The notes beneath the pieces were generated by a model, which was not told the DNA's origin, did not search any database, and worked only from the letters and a program-made list of their open reading frames with translations. From assembly GCA_021733985.1 (NCBI GenBank), contig JAIPJT010000008.1, forward strand, positions 13,092-77,091: a stretch of 64,000 bases of DNA, read 5' to 3'. Made by a program: the position numbers and the translations under genes. This stretch comes from Victivallales bacterium. GTDB taxonomy: Bacteria > Verrucomicrobiota > Lentisphaeria > Victivallales > GWF2-38-69. Shown here in pieces: positions 19,698-29,299 of this stretch (the stretch's first letter is position 1; each line of letters starts with the position of its first letter).

Positions 19698-20602
19698 TTT
19701 CACAACTTACAATGCCAACAAAAAAAATCATAATCTGCCTTTTTTTTATAGTTATGATTGCAGCAGGACTGCGTACATGGTATGCATATGAAAAGAAAGT
19801 GTTTGCCCCGGACTCATATTTGTATTCTGCTATCGCTGAAGATATGTCAAAAGGAGGTATTGCCTATGCTTATTCTGTAAACTCTTCAGGCAGGCCGCCT
19901 CTTTTGCCTATAGTTGAGTCTTTTGGAAGTTACGTTAACCTATCACCAAGGATTACAGGAATACTGATCGGTGGAATTCTGGGAAGTTTAACCCCTTTAG
20001 CTGTATTTCTCATCGTAATAAATATTATGGATACAGCAAAAAACGAGCCGGCAGCAGTAAAAAGTAAACTTTCTAATAAACCAGAAGATAATAGCAGAGA
20101 ATTAGAAACAGACTCTTCTAATCTATTAACAACAAGTTCACTTGCGCTGTTGGGGGCATTCCTGGTTGCTATACACCCCAAATTAATAATAGTCAGTGTG
20201 ATAGGTATAAGAGAATGCTTATATATACCATTATTTATATTTTCAATTACAGTAGGAGTCATAGCTATAAGAAGACAATCCGTATGGCTGTGGGGAATTG
20301 TCGGAATTTTAGCTGTACTGGCAAATATGTCCAGACGTGAAGGATTAGAAATTATAATAATTTTTTTGATTTGGCTTGCTGCTGATATTATTATATTTTT
20401 TCTGAAATTCAGGAAAAAAAATTTTCCCGTTAAAAAGAATGTAACTTACTGGCTGAAATTATCTGCAGTATTTATGATAACATTCTGGGGTTTGATCATC
20501 CCTATTGAAAAATATTTACAATCGCAGAACTGCACATGGGGCATTTTCAAACAGGCCGTTAGGGGCAGTAATATGGTAGAAAAAATAACTGATAAAAAGT
20601 AA
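19694..20602 (+). CDS. Membrane protein resembling the N-terminal transmembrane half of a GT-C (ArnT/PMT-like) glycosyltransferase
   Basis: 302-aa ORF whose start overlaps the upstream stop (ATGA). LRTWYAYEKKVFAPDSYLYSAIAEDMSKGG...GRPPLLPI resembles the first periplasmic loop of ArnT/PMT_2 proteins. Multiple TM segments and an inserted low-complexity loop. Confidence 0.4.
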   Translation: MISQLTMPTKKIIICLFFIVMIAAGLRTWYAYEKKVFAPDSYLYSAIAEDMSKGGIAYAYSVNSSGRPPLLPIVESFGSYVNLSPRITGILIGGILGSLTPLAVFLIVINIMDTAKNEPAAVKSKLSNKPEDNSRELETDSSNLLTTSSLALLGAFLVAIHPKLIIVSVIGIRECLYIPLFIFSITVGVIAIRRQSVWLWGIVGILAVLANMSRREGLEIIIIFLIWLAADIIIFFLKFRKKNFPVKKNVTYWLKLSAVFMITFWGLIIPIEKYLQSQNCTWGIFKQAVRGSNMVEKITDKK

Positions 20603-20631
20603 TAAAACTGACAGTTGGGGCATTACATAAA

Positions 20632-21423
20632 ATGGATATAATTGAAATTATACTACATACTTTTTTTGAAAAATGTCTATGGAAAGCAGTTTTCCCGACT
20701 TCACTTGTTCTCCTTGTATTTGCATTTTTTAATTTAAAAGCATTTAAGAAAAACCGCCGCGAATTTATTTTTATTTTAGTTGGGCTGATTGTCCTTTTAG
20801 CTATCCGTTTAATCTGGTCTGTAGGATATACTATAAAACGTGATTACGAATTCTATTCACCGATAAGAAGATTTTATGATTTTGCTATATTGTCAATACC
20901 TGTAGCAGTCGCCGGATTTCCAGTTTTGATTAATTTTTCAAAAAGAATTCTTCTTATTTTTATAAGCGATAAAAAAGTAAAGACTGTTCATATTATAATA
21001 TTCTGGATAATCATTTGTTCAGCTTTATGTATATCCCAGACAGTCCCTGGAGGTTTGTCTACACAGTATTTAAGTTTATACAACTTAAAAGAAACTATAA
21101 AAAATGACTTGCCTTCTAACAAAAAATCCCTTTTTATTTACGGTTTTGCAAAAGCCAAGGGCAGTCAATATTACCGGATGCAATATTTTGCTGATGCTGA
21201 CAAAAGTGTAAACATGAAGAGTATCTTAAACATAAAGAAGCCCGAATATTTCTACGAAGGCCTTAGTAAATTAGGAAAAATGGGGTATCAGCCCTATATT
21301 TTCGAAGACAATAGAGAAAATAAATTTAAAAAAATATTTACAGATAGAAATCTGAGATTCAAATTTAAATTATTAAAAGAGTGGGGAAATGGCAAATACA
21401 GTTTATTAAAGTATATTGAATAA
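20632..21423 (+). CDS. Membrane protein with a soluble C-terminal domain (possibly the second half of a split GT-C enzyme)
   Basis: 263-aa ORF with about 4-5 N-terminal hydrophobic segments followed by a hydrophilic C-terminus of about 110 aa. No motif recognised. Confidence 0.35.
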   Translation: MDIIEIILHTFFEKCLWKAVFPTSLVLLVFAFFNLKAFKKNRREFIFILVGLIVLLAIRLIWSVGYTIKRDYEFYSPIRRFYDFAILSIPVAVAGFPVLINFSKRILLIFISDKKVKTVHIIIFWIIICSALCISQTVPGGLSTQYLSLYNLKETIKNDLPSNKKSLFIYGFAKAKGSQYYRMQYFADADKSVNMKSILNIKKPEYFYEGLSKLGKMGYQPYIFEDNRENKFKKIFTDRNLRFKFKLLKEWGNGKYSLLKYIE

Positions 21424-21544
21424 GTTTTAACATAGTTAAACTGTTTTGGAAAACAATAGTTTTATTCAGTCAATTTTATAACTGCTCTATAACATAACAG
21501 CAGCAAATTTTACAAATAAAAATGAACACATTAAACATAGATTT

Positions 21545-22318
21545 GTGAATGATATGAGTCTTTCAGTAGGAATTATTACATTTAATGAGGAAAAAATAAT
21601 CAGCAGTACATTAGCGGCTGTTAAAGAAATTGCAGATGAAGTAATTATAGTTGACAGCCACAGCACAGATAATACTGTAAGTATAGCTAAACAGTTCGGA
21701 GCTGAAGTCTATGAAGAAGACTGGAAGGGATTCGGACCACAGAAAAACTCTGCCCTGGATAAGTGCAAAGGTGACTGGATACTTTTTTTAGATGCAGATG
21801 AAATCGTATCCCCTGAACTGCTTGAAAACATAAAAAAAATCATTAACGGTAACTGTAGTTTTTCAGTTTATAAAATTAGTATGGAACCTGTCTGCTTCGG
21901 TAAACATATTAAGCACTGCTGGGGAAACGACAGCCACATAAGATTATGGAAAAAAGGTACTGTACGTTATAACAACCGCTTTGTCCATGAAAAAATGCTG
22001 ACAGATAAGAAAGTCGGCCGAATCAGAGAAAAAATATATCACTACACTTATCCCACCTTGCATGATTATTTTGAAAAACTTAATAAATATACAATACTCA
22101 GTGCTGAAGAATACTATGAAAAAGGAAAAACTGCCGGCGGGATAAAAATTATTTTAAGGCCCTTTTATACTTTTTTTAAAATGTATATTTTGAGAAGAGG
22201 TTTCCTTGACGGACTGGAAGGTTTTGTAATTTGTTTTTTAAATGCAGTCTATGTTATGGCAAAATATTTCAAGCTCAGAGAAATATATAAAAATAACACT
22301 TATAAAGAAAAACTATAA
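21545..22318 (+). CDS. Glycosyltransferase family 2 (WaaE/KdtX-like)
   Basis: 257-aa ORF (GTG at 21545, alternative ATG at 21554). LSVGIITFNEE...VIIVDSHSTDNT...ILFLDADE (DxD) is the canonical GT2 N-terminal domain. Confidence 0.8.
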   Translation: MNDMSLSVGIITFNEEKIISSTLAAVKEIADEVIIVDSHSTDNTVSIAKQFGAEVYEEDWKGFGPQKNSALDKCKGDWILFLDADEIVSPELLENIKKIINGNCSFSVYKISMEPVCFGKHIKHCWGNDSHIRLWKKGTVRYNNRFVHEKMLTDKKVGRIREKIYHYTYPTLHDYFEKLNKYTILSAEEYYEKGKTAGGIKIILRPFYTFFKMYILRRGFLDGLEGFVICFLNAVYVMAKYFKLREIYKNNTYKEKL

Positions 22319-22324
22319 CCTTTT

Positions 22325-23188
22325 ATGGGCAAAAACATCCCCGTCAGCTACATTATATCTTTCTATAATAATATAAATGCTTTAGAGCTGATTTTAAGCG
22401 CTCTTAAAAGGCAGACTTATAAGAACTTTGAAGTTATTATTGCAGACGACGGTTCACGAAAAGAAATTGTAGACCGGATAAAAAAACTGCACTCTCACTA
22501 TAGCTTTCCTATAAAGCATGTCTGGCATAATGATTTAGGCTGGAGAAAAACTAAAATATTGAATAAAGCCGTTACCGTTTCGGGAGGAAATTATTTGATC
22601 TTTACCGACGGTGACTGCATCCCGCATAAATGCTTTATAAAAAATCACTGGGAACAAAGAGAAAATGATAAAGTTTTAACTGGCAGAAGAGCTTTCCTTA
22701 CTAAATTCATTTCAAAGAAGCTGACTCAAAAAAATGTAGAAAAAGGTATCCTGGAAAAAAGCTTCTTAATAATATCACTGGTTATGGGTTTATTCAGGAA
22801 AGGTAAACATATCAGTAAAGGCATATACATTAAAAACCATTACTTTAGGAAATTACTAAGTAAAAAAAATAAAGAAATATTAGGAAGTAATTTCTCAATT
22901 CATAAAGAAAGTCTTCTAAAAATTAATGGTTTTGATGAACGTTATTTAGCTCCGGGCACCGGTGAAGATACAGATATTTTTGTGAGAATAAAAAATGCAG
23001 GTTTACAGGTCAAATATCTAAACCACTCTGCTATACTATATCATATTTATCATAAAATTCCTAAATCCTATGAAACCTCTGCAAACAGAAAAATTTTAGA
23101 AGAACATAAAACAAACAACACCACTTATACTATATATGGAATAAATAAAGAAACAGTTACAACTGAAAACTCTTTATATTCTGAATAA
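22325..23188 (+). CDS. Glycosyltransferase family 2
   Basis: 287-aa ORF. VSYIISFYNN...EVIIADDGS...LIFTDGDCIP (DxD) and GSNFSIHKESLLKINGFDERY...GEDTDI. Confidence 0.75.
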   Translation: MGKNIPVSYIISFYNNINALELILSALKRQTYKNFEVIIADDGSRKEIVDRIKKLHSHYSFPIKHVWHNDLGWRKTKILNKAVTVSGGNYLIFTDGDCIPHKCFIKNHWEQRENDKVLTGRRAFLTKFISKKLTQKNVEKGILEKSFLIISLVMGLFRKGKHISKGIYIKNHYFRKLLSKKNKEILGSNFSIHKESLLKINGFDERYLAPGTGEDTDIFVRIKNAGLQVKYLNHSAILYHIYHKIPKSYETSANRKILEEHKTNNTTYTIYGINKETVTTENSLYSE

Positions 23189-23253
23189 AAACAAAATCAT
23201 GTAATCGCCCATGATGGAAATATATCGAAATTCTTAATCTTTCCTGTTATTTA

Positions 23254-23368
23254 ATACCCCAAACGATTTATTTTTATTTATCCACGTTGAATAACCGTAG
23301 TGAGAAATGCTGTCCGATTTTGGGCTGGGCACCGTTAAAAAATCTCTAAAAACCGCATACACTTGTGT
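23254..23368 (-). repeat. Dispersed element family, copy D (inverted orientation, divergent middle)
   Basis: The reverse complement reads ACACAAGTGTATGCGGTTTTT ... TTCAACGTGGATAAATAAAAATAAATCGTTTGGGGTAT. It has the same end boxes and the same 115-bp core length as copy B. Confidence 0.55.
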
Positions 23369-23437
23369 AAATTATTTTCAACTTCCTTACAGCTAAAAAT
23401 TAAAAATAATTCATTTATTTAAAAAATATCTATTGAT

Positions 23438-23487
23438 AAATTCAAACATTTGTTTTAAACTTTAAATTAAAACAACTGTTTGAATTT
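23438..23487. promoter_or_regulatory. 50-bp near-perfect palindrome overlapping a candidate promoter; likely TetR operator
   Basis: Arms 23438-23458 and 23467-23487 are complementary at 20 of 21 positions (AAATTCAAACATTTGTTTTAA / TTAAAACAACTGTTTGAATTT). TTGATA (23433-23438), 17 nt, then TAAACT (23456-23461) overlaps it. The palindrome ends 33 bp before the tetR ATG. Confidence 0.45.
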
Positions 23488-23519
23488 TATTTATTAACTT
23501 AACACTTAAGCAATCAGCC

Positions 23520-24146
23520 ATGAATACTAAAGAAAAAATTTTATTAACAGCAGCAGAAGAGTTTGCTAAAAACGGTTATCACCGCACTACAATTCGAGAA
23601 ATATGCGAATCAGCCAAAGTCAACATTTCTGCAATAAATTATCATTTTAACAGCAAAGAAAATTTATATAAGACTGTTGTGGATTATTTATTTGAAAAAG
23701 TGCTTAATGACAGCATAGAATTTAATTTTACTAACTTAAAGGAATGGAAGACTGAATTCAAAAAGCTGATCCTTGATTATCTTGAAAAGGTAATGGGCAA
23801 ATCCTTATACGGTTCATTCCTGAACAGAATTCTTTTCCGTGAAATGATAGATCCATCAATAATTTTCTATACAATTCACAAAGAATACATCCAAAAACAC
23901 TTTTCAAGGCTAAAAAAATTTATCAATTATATATCGGTACAGGCAGACAGTGAAGAAAATTTAAATTTACTGGTTTATACCTTAGCCTCTCAGTATATTT
24001 TTTACGGGCAGAATAAATATTTAGTTTCTTTAGAGCTTGGAGACGAATATTTGAACAGTCATGAAAATCTGGATTACCTCGCAGGTTTTATTACAGAAAA
24101 CTGTTATTCAATATTGAGAAGTAGAAAAAAGATAAATCTTCTGTAG
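23520..24146 (+). CDS. TetR/AcrR-family transcriptional regulator
   Basis: 208-aa ORF. N-terminal HTH KEKILLTAAEEFAKNGYHRTTIREICESAKVNISAINYHFNSKENLY. Confidence 0.85.
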   Translation: MNTKEKILLTAAEEFAKNGYHRTTIREICESAKVNISAINYHFNSKENLYKTVVDYLFEKVLNDSIEFNFTNLKEWKTEFKKLILDYLEKVMGKSLYGSFLNRILFREMIDPSIIFYTIHKEYIQKHFSRLKKFINYISVQADSEENLNLLVYTLASQYIFYGQNKYLVSLELGDEYLNSHENLDYLAGFITENCYSILRSRKKINLL

Positions 24147-24200
24147 AAGATTAACGGATATAACGTGAACCTAAATTAAAAAAGAGAAAAAATTATTATC

Positions 24201-25397
24201 ATGAATAGAATGACAAATAAAATACAGATTTTATTATGTTTTATACTCTTACAGCTTATCACCTCCTGCAATGAAAGTCCTGAATTTCAACCTCAGGCAG
24301 TGAGGGTTGAAACATCACATCCCCAATATATGACATTCAGGAATACTCTCAGGATACAGGGGAATGTAGAAGCTGAAAATTATGCTAATATCTGCGCCAG
24401 AGTAGACGGAAACTTAGATATAATGAAAGTGGACAAAGGAGATAAAGTTAAAAAAGGACAAACCCTATTTCAGGTCGATAAGGAAAACCTTGAGCACGAA
24501 GTAAAAGTCAGTATTAATAATTGTAATGTGGAGAAAATGATTCTTGAAAAAGCAAAACTCGATTATCAGATACAGAAAATCAAAACTGAAAGTGCCAGGG
24601 AAGATTATCTGCGTGCAAAGACACTGGTCAAAAAGCATGCGGTATCTGAAAGTTATTATGAAGATATGCTGCATGACTACAGTAGTTCAAAGTCCCGTTT
24701 AAAACTTGCAAAAACTAATGTTAAACATTCAGAGATCAGTTTGGAAAGAGCAGAAAATAATTTAAGAATTGCTCAAAAAAAACTTGCTGATTCCAAAATC
24801 ACGGCGTCATATCCAGGTGTGATAACTAAAACCTTTCATGAAACCGACGAATATGTAAAAAAGGGTGATTGTGTAGTAAGACTGGAAGAACTTGATAGGC
24901 TGAATGTAACTGCCTACATTAATTCAGAATATTACTCTCAGATCAGAAAAAACAAAACAGAAGCCAATATATATTCGCTTAACGGCAAAAAGATCGTCAA
25001 AACTTATATAACCTATAAGTCACCTAATATAGACACAACTACAAGAAATTTTGAGATTGAACTCATTTTACCAGAACAAAAAAAACTTGTTTCAGGTATG
25101 CTTTGCAATATTGAAGTAATTCTTTCCGAAAAAAAAGCTTATGGCGTTCCGGAAGATGCTGTAATCATGAGAAGCGGAGGCAAAACCTCAATTTTTATTG
25201 CTAAAAAAAGCAAAGCCGTAGAAAAAAATGTAAGAACCGGCCTGATTTACAGAGGTTATATCGAACTAACAGGCAAAATTAAGCCTAATATAAATGTTAT
25301 TACAAAAGGGCAGGCTTTCCTTAATGACGGCACAAGAATTAAAGTAATGAACAAACAGAATAACAAACACGAAAAAACAGATAATGTTTCTAAGTAA
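24201..25397 (+). CDS. RND efflux periplasmic adaptor (membrane fusion protein)
   Basis: 398-aa ORF with a lipoprotein-like signal (LLQLITSC). Lipoyl-like halves (VKVDKGDKVKKGQTLFQVD; ITASYPGVITK) flank a coiled-coil hairpin. Overlaps the start of the downstream RND pump. Confidence 0.8.
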   Translation: MNRMTNKIQILLCFILLQLITSCNESPEFQPQAVRVETSHPQYMTFRNTLRIQGNVEAENYANICARVDGNLDIMKVDKGDKVKKGQTLFQVDKENLEHEVKVSINNCNVEKMILEKAKLDYQIQKIKTESAREDYLRAKTLVKKHAVSESYYEDMLHDYSSSKSRLKLAKTNVKHSEISLERAENNLRIAQKKLADSKITASYPGVITKTFHETDEYVKKGDCVVRLEELDRLNVTAYINSEYYSQIRKNKTEANIYSLNGKKIVKTYITYKSPNIDTTTRNFEIELILPEQKKLVSGMLCNIEVILSEKKAYGVPEDAVIMRSGGKTSIFIAKKSKAVEKNVRTGLIYRGYIELTGKIKPNINVITKGQAFLNDGTRIKVMNKQNNKHEKTDNVSK

Positions 25398-28300
25398 TTT
25401 TTCAATTAAACGCCCGGTTGCTATGACAGCAATAATAATTGTCCTTATCCTCTCGGGAATTAATTCCTATAGAAAAATAGGTTTGGACAATATGCCCGAA
25501 ATAGATATCCCGTATGTAACAATTAAGACCTTTTACCCCGGAGCTAATCCTGAGGAAATAGAGATCGATGTAGCAAAACCTATTGAAGATGCAGTGTCAA
25601 ATATTGACGGACTTAAGCACATGAACTCCATTTGCATGGATGGAGCATGTATTACAACCCTTGAATTTAATCTCGGCGTGAATAAAGATGTGGCAGCAGT
25701 AGATGTCAGAGAAAATATTGACCTGATAATTGATGACTTCCCGGAGGGAGTTGAGTCTCCGAGGATTTTAAAATTCGATGTTAACGCACAGCCTATAATA
25801 ACTTTGCTTTTAACGGGTGATAAACCACTTGATAGACTATATGATTATGCTGATGAAAAATTGTCCGACCGACTGTCAGTAATAAGAGGTGTAGCTAATG
25901 TCGAGATATCAGGCGGAGATGAACTCGAACTTCATATAACTTTAAATAAAAACAAACTTACTTCTATTGGACTCAATACTGCAAATATTGTTAACGAATT
26001 AGCCTTGAACAACATTAAAATACCTTCCGGAACCATTAAAACAGATTCGCGGGAATTATCTGTTACATTTGACGGAGAATTCAATAACATAGATGAAATA
26101 AAAAATTTTGAAATTGCGCAGACAGATAACGGAACCGTATACCTTCGTGATATTGCAAATATCTCAATGTGCTCCAAAGAAAAACGTACTGCAGCTTATT
26201 ATAACGGCAAACCGGCAGTCAACCTTAAGATCATAAAAAAAGGCGAAGCCAATGCGGTAAGGGTTACAGAACGAGTAAAAAAAGTGATTCGGGAAATTAG
26301 AAACAAGAATCTGCTGCCGAGCGGAATGCAACTTGTCTGGTTTACCGATAATGCAGATTTCATCCAGGCAAGTGTAGATGATGCCTGGGGCAGCGTTATT
26401 TTGGGAATTCTGCTTACAGCTCTGATTCTCTTTATATTTTTACATGAAGTTAGGTCAACTTTTATAGTAGTTCTTACGATGCCTGCGTCAATCATCGTTA
26501 CTTTTGCCATTATTTACTTTTTCGGCTATACATTTAACAACTCCACTCTTCTTGCACTGGGAACTTCAGTTGGAATTCTTGTGACAAATTCTATTGTTGT
26601 AATAGAGAATATAATAAAAAAACTTCACTCAGGGAGCACATCTGAGACAGCTTCAGCAGACGGGACCGGAGAAGTAGCGCTTCCGGTTTTTGCTAGCGCC
26701 ACAACAAATGTCGTTGTTTTTGTACCAATTGCCTTAATGTCTTCTTTAGTGGGAAGATACTTTATCCCTTTTGCTGTTACTATGACAGCCGCTACCTTGG
26801 TATCTCTTTTTATCAGTTTTACGATGACACCTATCCTGGCTTCCTATTTCCTTAAGAGTAAAATGCCAGATCATAAATTTCTTATGAAAAGCTACACTAA
26901 ATACTGGAACATTTATTATACTAAGTTCGAGAACTGTTACAGTTCAAGCCTCATGAAATTAAGTAAATATCCCTGGATAACTGTTTCAGCCGTTTTTTTA
27001 GTTCTGATTTTGACTCTTGCATTCCTCGCCCCTAAAGTCGGAATGTCATTTTTCCCGGATAATGACAGAGGAGAATTTATAGTCAAGATTGAATATCCTT
27101 CATATTATAATATTGATTCTAATATCTCAAGAACACTCAAATTTGATGAACGCATCAGAAAGCTTCCTGAAGTAATATCAACATCAACGGTAATGGGTAA
27201 AATACAAGGAGTATTGGGAAAAGTTTCAGAGGGGGTGCATCTCGCAGAAATAACTGTAAAAACTACAGATAAAATTTCCAGAGACAAAGACATGGAACAG
27301 ATTAAATCAATGCTCAGGAACGAATTTAAAAATGAAACAGACTGCATAATCAATGTCGGAGTTCCCACTGTAGTGGGAGGGTCAAGCTCCGATATAGAAT
27401 TTGAAATACTCGGCCCCGACTTAGCAGTTCTGGAAGACTTAGGGCGCAAAATAACGGCTGAAGCAGAAAACAGTCCAAAGTTAATAGATGTAGATAATAA
27501 TATAAGATCAGAAAAACCACAAATCAAAGTTAGGCCTAAACGAAGAATTATTAAAGATATGGGACTTAACTCACAGCTGATCGGAAAAGTGCTTAGAGGT
27601 AATATAGAAGGTATGGAAGTAGGAAATTATAAAATAGGAGACCGTTCATTTGATATAAGAGTAGAACTAAAAGAGGAAAAAGGCCTTAGTCAGCTTAAAG
27701 AGTTTACATTATTGTCTAAAAATGGAAAGCCTTTAGGGCTGGAAACAGTAGCAAACTTTAAAGATGACAGTATCCCTCTTCAAATTTCAAGAGACTCAAA
27801 AACCAGAATAGTCAAAATATTTGCAGATCCGGCTTCCGGTATCGCTATGGGAGATGCAATGAATTTTATTAAGAAAAAAACTGCAAAAATTTTGCCGGCC
27901 GGTTATTATATGAAATTTACCGGCAAGGCGGAAAAAATGGGAGAAGCTCAGCTGGATTTTCTCGAGGCAATAATAACAGCCGCTGTACTGACTTATCTTT
28001 TGATTTCTGCAGTTCTGGAATCCTGGGCACAGCCTTTAATTATTTTATTAACCCTTCCACTTGCACTGATAGGACTATTCACAGCATTGTATATTGCCGG
28101 CATCCCCCTATCAATGATGGGGCTTCTCGGGGTTGTAATGCTTATAGGAATCGTTGTAAATAATGCAATTCTGATTATGGATAATGTTATTGCTCTTCGA
28201 AAAGAGGGGATAGAACCGAAAGAAGCTATGCTGATATCCGCAAAAGAAAAATTAAGACCGATAGTTATGACAAGTATCGCCGCTATGCTGGGTATTGCCC

Positions 28301-28482
28301 CAATGGCTTTTTCAAGCGGTCTCGGTTCAGAACTCCGCTCAAGCTGCGGTATAGCTGTAATAGGCGGACTGATATCTTCAACAGTTCTTTCTCTTTATAT
28401 TATACCCTTAATTTATATTCAATTTTCTAAATTTGGAAAGAGTAAAACCAAGAACCCTATAAAGGAGAAACTTCAAAATTAA
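25384..28482 (+). CDS. RND-family efflux transporter, inner-membrane permease (AcrB-like)
   Basis: 1032-aa ORF. N-terminus FSIKRPVAMTAIIIVLILSGINSY and 12-TM/two-loop architecture with typical motifs (LGILLTALILFIFL, GLLGVVMLIGIVVNNAILIMD). No outer-membrane factor gene is adjacent. Confidence 0.9.
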   Translation: MFLSNFSIKRPVAMTAIIIVLILSGINSYRKIGLDNMPEIDIPYVTIKTFYPGANPEEIEIDVAKPIEDAVSNIDGLKHMNSICMDGACITTLEFNLGVNKDVAAVDVRENIDLIIDDFPEGVESPRILKFDVNAQPIITLLLTGDKPLDRLYDYADEKLSDRLSVIRGVANVEISGGDELELHITLNKNKLTSIGLNTANIVNELALNNIKIPSGTIKTDSRELSVTFDGEFNNIDEIKNFEIAQTDNGTVYLRDIANISMCSKEKRTAAYYNGKPAVNLKIIKKGEANAVRVTERVKKVIREIRNKNLLPSGMQLVWFTDNADFIQASVDDAWGSVILGILLTALILFIFLHEVRSTFIVVLTMPASIIVTFAIIYFFGYTFNNSTLLALGTSVGILVTNSIVVIENIIKKLHSGSTSETASADGTGEVALPVFASATTNVVVFVPIALMSSLVGRYFIPFAVTMTAATLVSLFISFTMTPILASYFLKSKMPDHKFLMKSYTKYWNIYYTKFENCYSSSLMKLSKYPWITVSAVFLVLILTLAFLAPKVGMSFFPDNDRGEFIVKIEYPSYYNIDSNISRTLKFDERIRKLPEVISTSTVMGKIQGVLGKVSEGVHLAEITVKTTDKISRDKDMEQIKSMLRNEFKNETDCIINVGVPTVVGGSSSDIEFEILGPDLAVLEDLGRKITAEAENSPKLIDVDNNIRSEKPQIKVRPKRRIIKDMGLNSQLIGKVLRGNIEGMEVGNYKIGDRSFDIRVELKEEKGLSQLKEFTLLSKNGKPLGLETVANFKDDSIPLQISRDSKTRIVKIFADPASGIAMGDAMNFIKKKTAKILPAGYYMKFTGKAEKMGEAQLDFLEAIITAAVLTYLLISAVLESWAQPLIILLTLPLALIGLFTALYIAGIPLSMMGLLGVVMLIGIVVNNAILIMDNVIALRKEGIEPKEAMLISAKEKLRPIVMTSIAAMLGIAPMAFSSGLGSELRSSCGIAVIGGLISSTVLSLYIIPLIYIQFSKFGKSKTKNPIKEKLQN

Positions 28483-28620
28483 TCTCCGTTTAACTGCCGG
28501 CAGTGCTAAAAGAACCCCCAAGAATACTACTAAACTATTTAAGATTTGTATTATTTATAAAAAAAAGAAAAATTAAAACAGGAAACACCTTTTCATAAAC
28601 CGAAAAATTATATAGAATAT

Positions 28621-28735
28621 ACACAAGTGTATGCGGTTTTTTGGTTTTTGTCCTTCGTAAACGAACCTGGACATACATTTTATTTTCAACCATATCATTT
28701 GATACGGATAAATAAACCAAAACGTTTTAGGTATA
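28621..28735 (+). repeat. Dispersed element family, copy B (full length, 115-bp core; conserved flank starts at 28601)
   Basis: ACACAAGTGTATGCGGTTTTTTGGTTTTTGTCCTTCGTAAACGAACCTGGACATACATTTT...GGATAAATAAACCAAAACGTTTTAGGTATA. By manual alignment it shows about a dozen differences from copy C over about 120 nt. Confidence 0.7.
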
Positions 28736-28840
28736 CTATATATTAAACTATTTGTAAATTTTAAATACACATTGGGGATTTAAAACACTTTGAGAATATT
28801 TAAAGTTAATCAAAATTTTAGATAAAAAAAGGAACAGTAA

Positions 28841-29257
28841 ATGATCGATAAAAATAACAAAAGAGAGGATACTGACACTTTTAGAAAGCAACCTACTCCT
28901 AAATATCAGAAAACTATATTTAAGATCTGTATTATAATCATTACGGTAGCAACAGTTATACTATGCTATTTTCTAATCGCAGTTTTTGTTAATATACAAG
29001 AAAAAATCACAGACATGGATTCACACCTGGTTGAAGTCGATAAACGACTTCAAAAAACAAACACTTCCATAATTAGTTTAAAAAGGTCACTGCAAAATAC
29101 AAATAAAGAACTGAGACAAACAAATGAACGTCTTTCCAGCTTGCACATAGATTTCGACCATAAACTCGAAGATTTCCCCGTTAAATTTAAAAAACTCCAT
29201 AAAAACCTGGAAAAAACAGCAAGAAAGCTGGATGAAAGCTGGCTGCTTTCATTGTAG
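28841..29257 (+). CDS. Small single-pass membrane protein with an extracytoplasmic or cytoplasmic coiled coil
   Basis: 138-aa ORF with AGGAA RBS. One hydrophobic segment (IFKICIIIITVATVILCYFLIAVFV) followed by heptad-like, K/L/N-rich sequence. No recognisable family. Confidence 0.5.
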   Translation: MIDKNNKREDTDTFRKQPTPKYQKTIFKICIIIITVATVILCYFLIAVFVNIQEKITDMDSHLVEVDKRLQKTNTSIISLKRSLQNTNKELRQTNERLSSLHIDFDHKLEDFPVKFKKLHKNLEKTARKLDESWLLSL

Positions 29258-29299
29258 TAAACAAGTCAATCCTATAAAAGCAGTCGAAAAATCAAATAT

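Noticed and set aside
28535-28770. Two overlapping minus-strand ORFs (61 and 65 aa)
   Set aside because: They lie within repeat copy B and its flanks. The equivalent region of copy C has no conserved ORF, so these are chance ORFs in A+T-rich repeat DNA.
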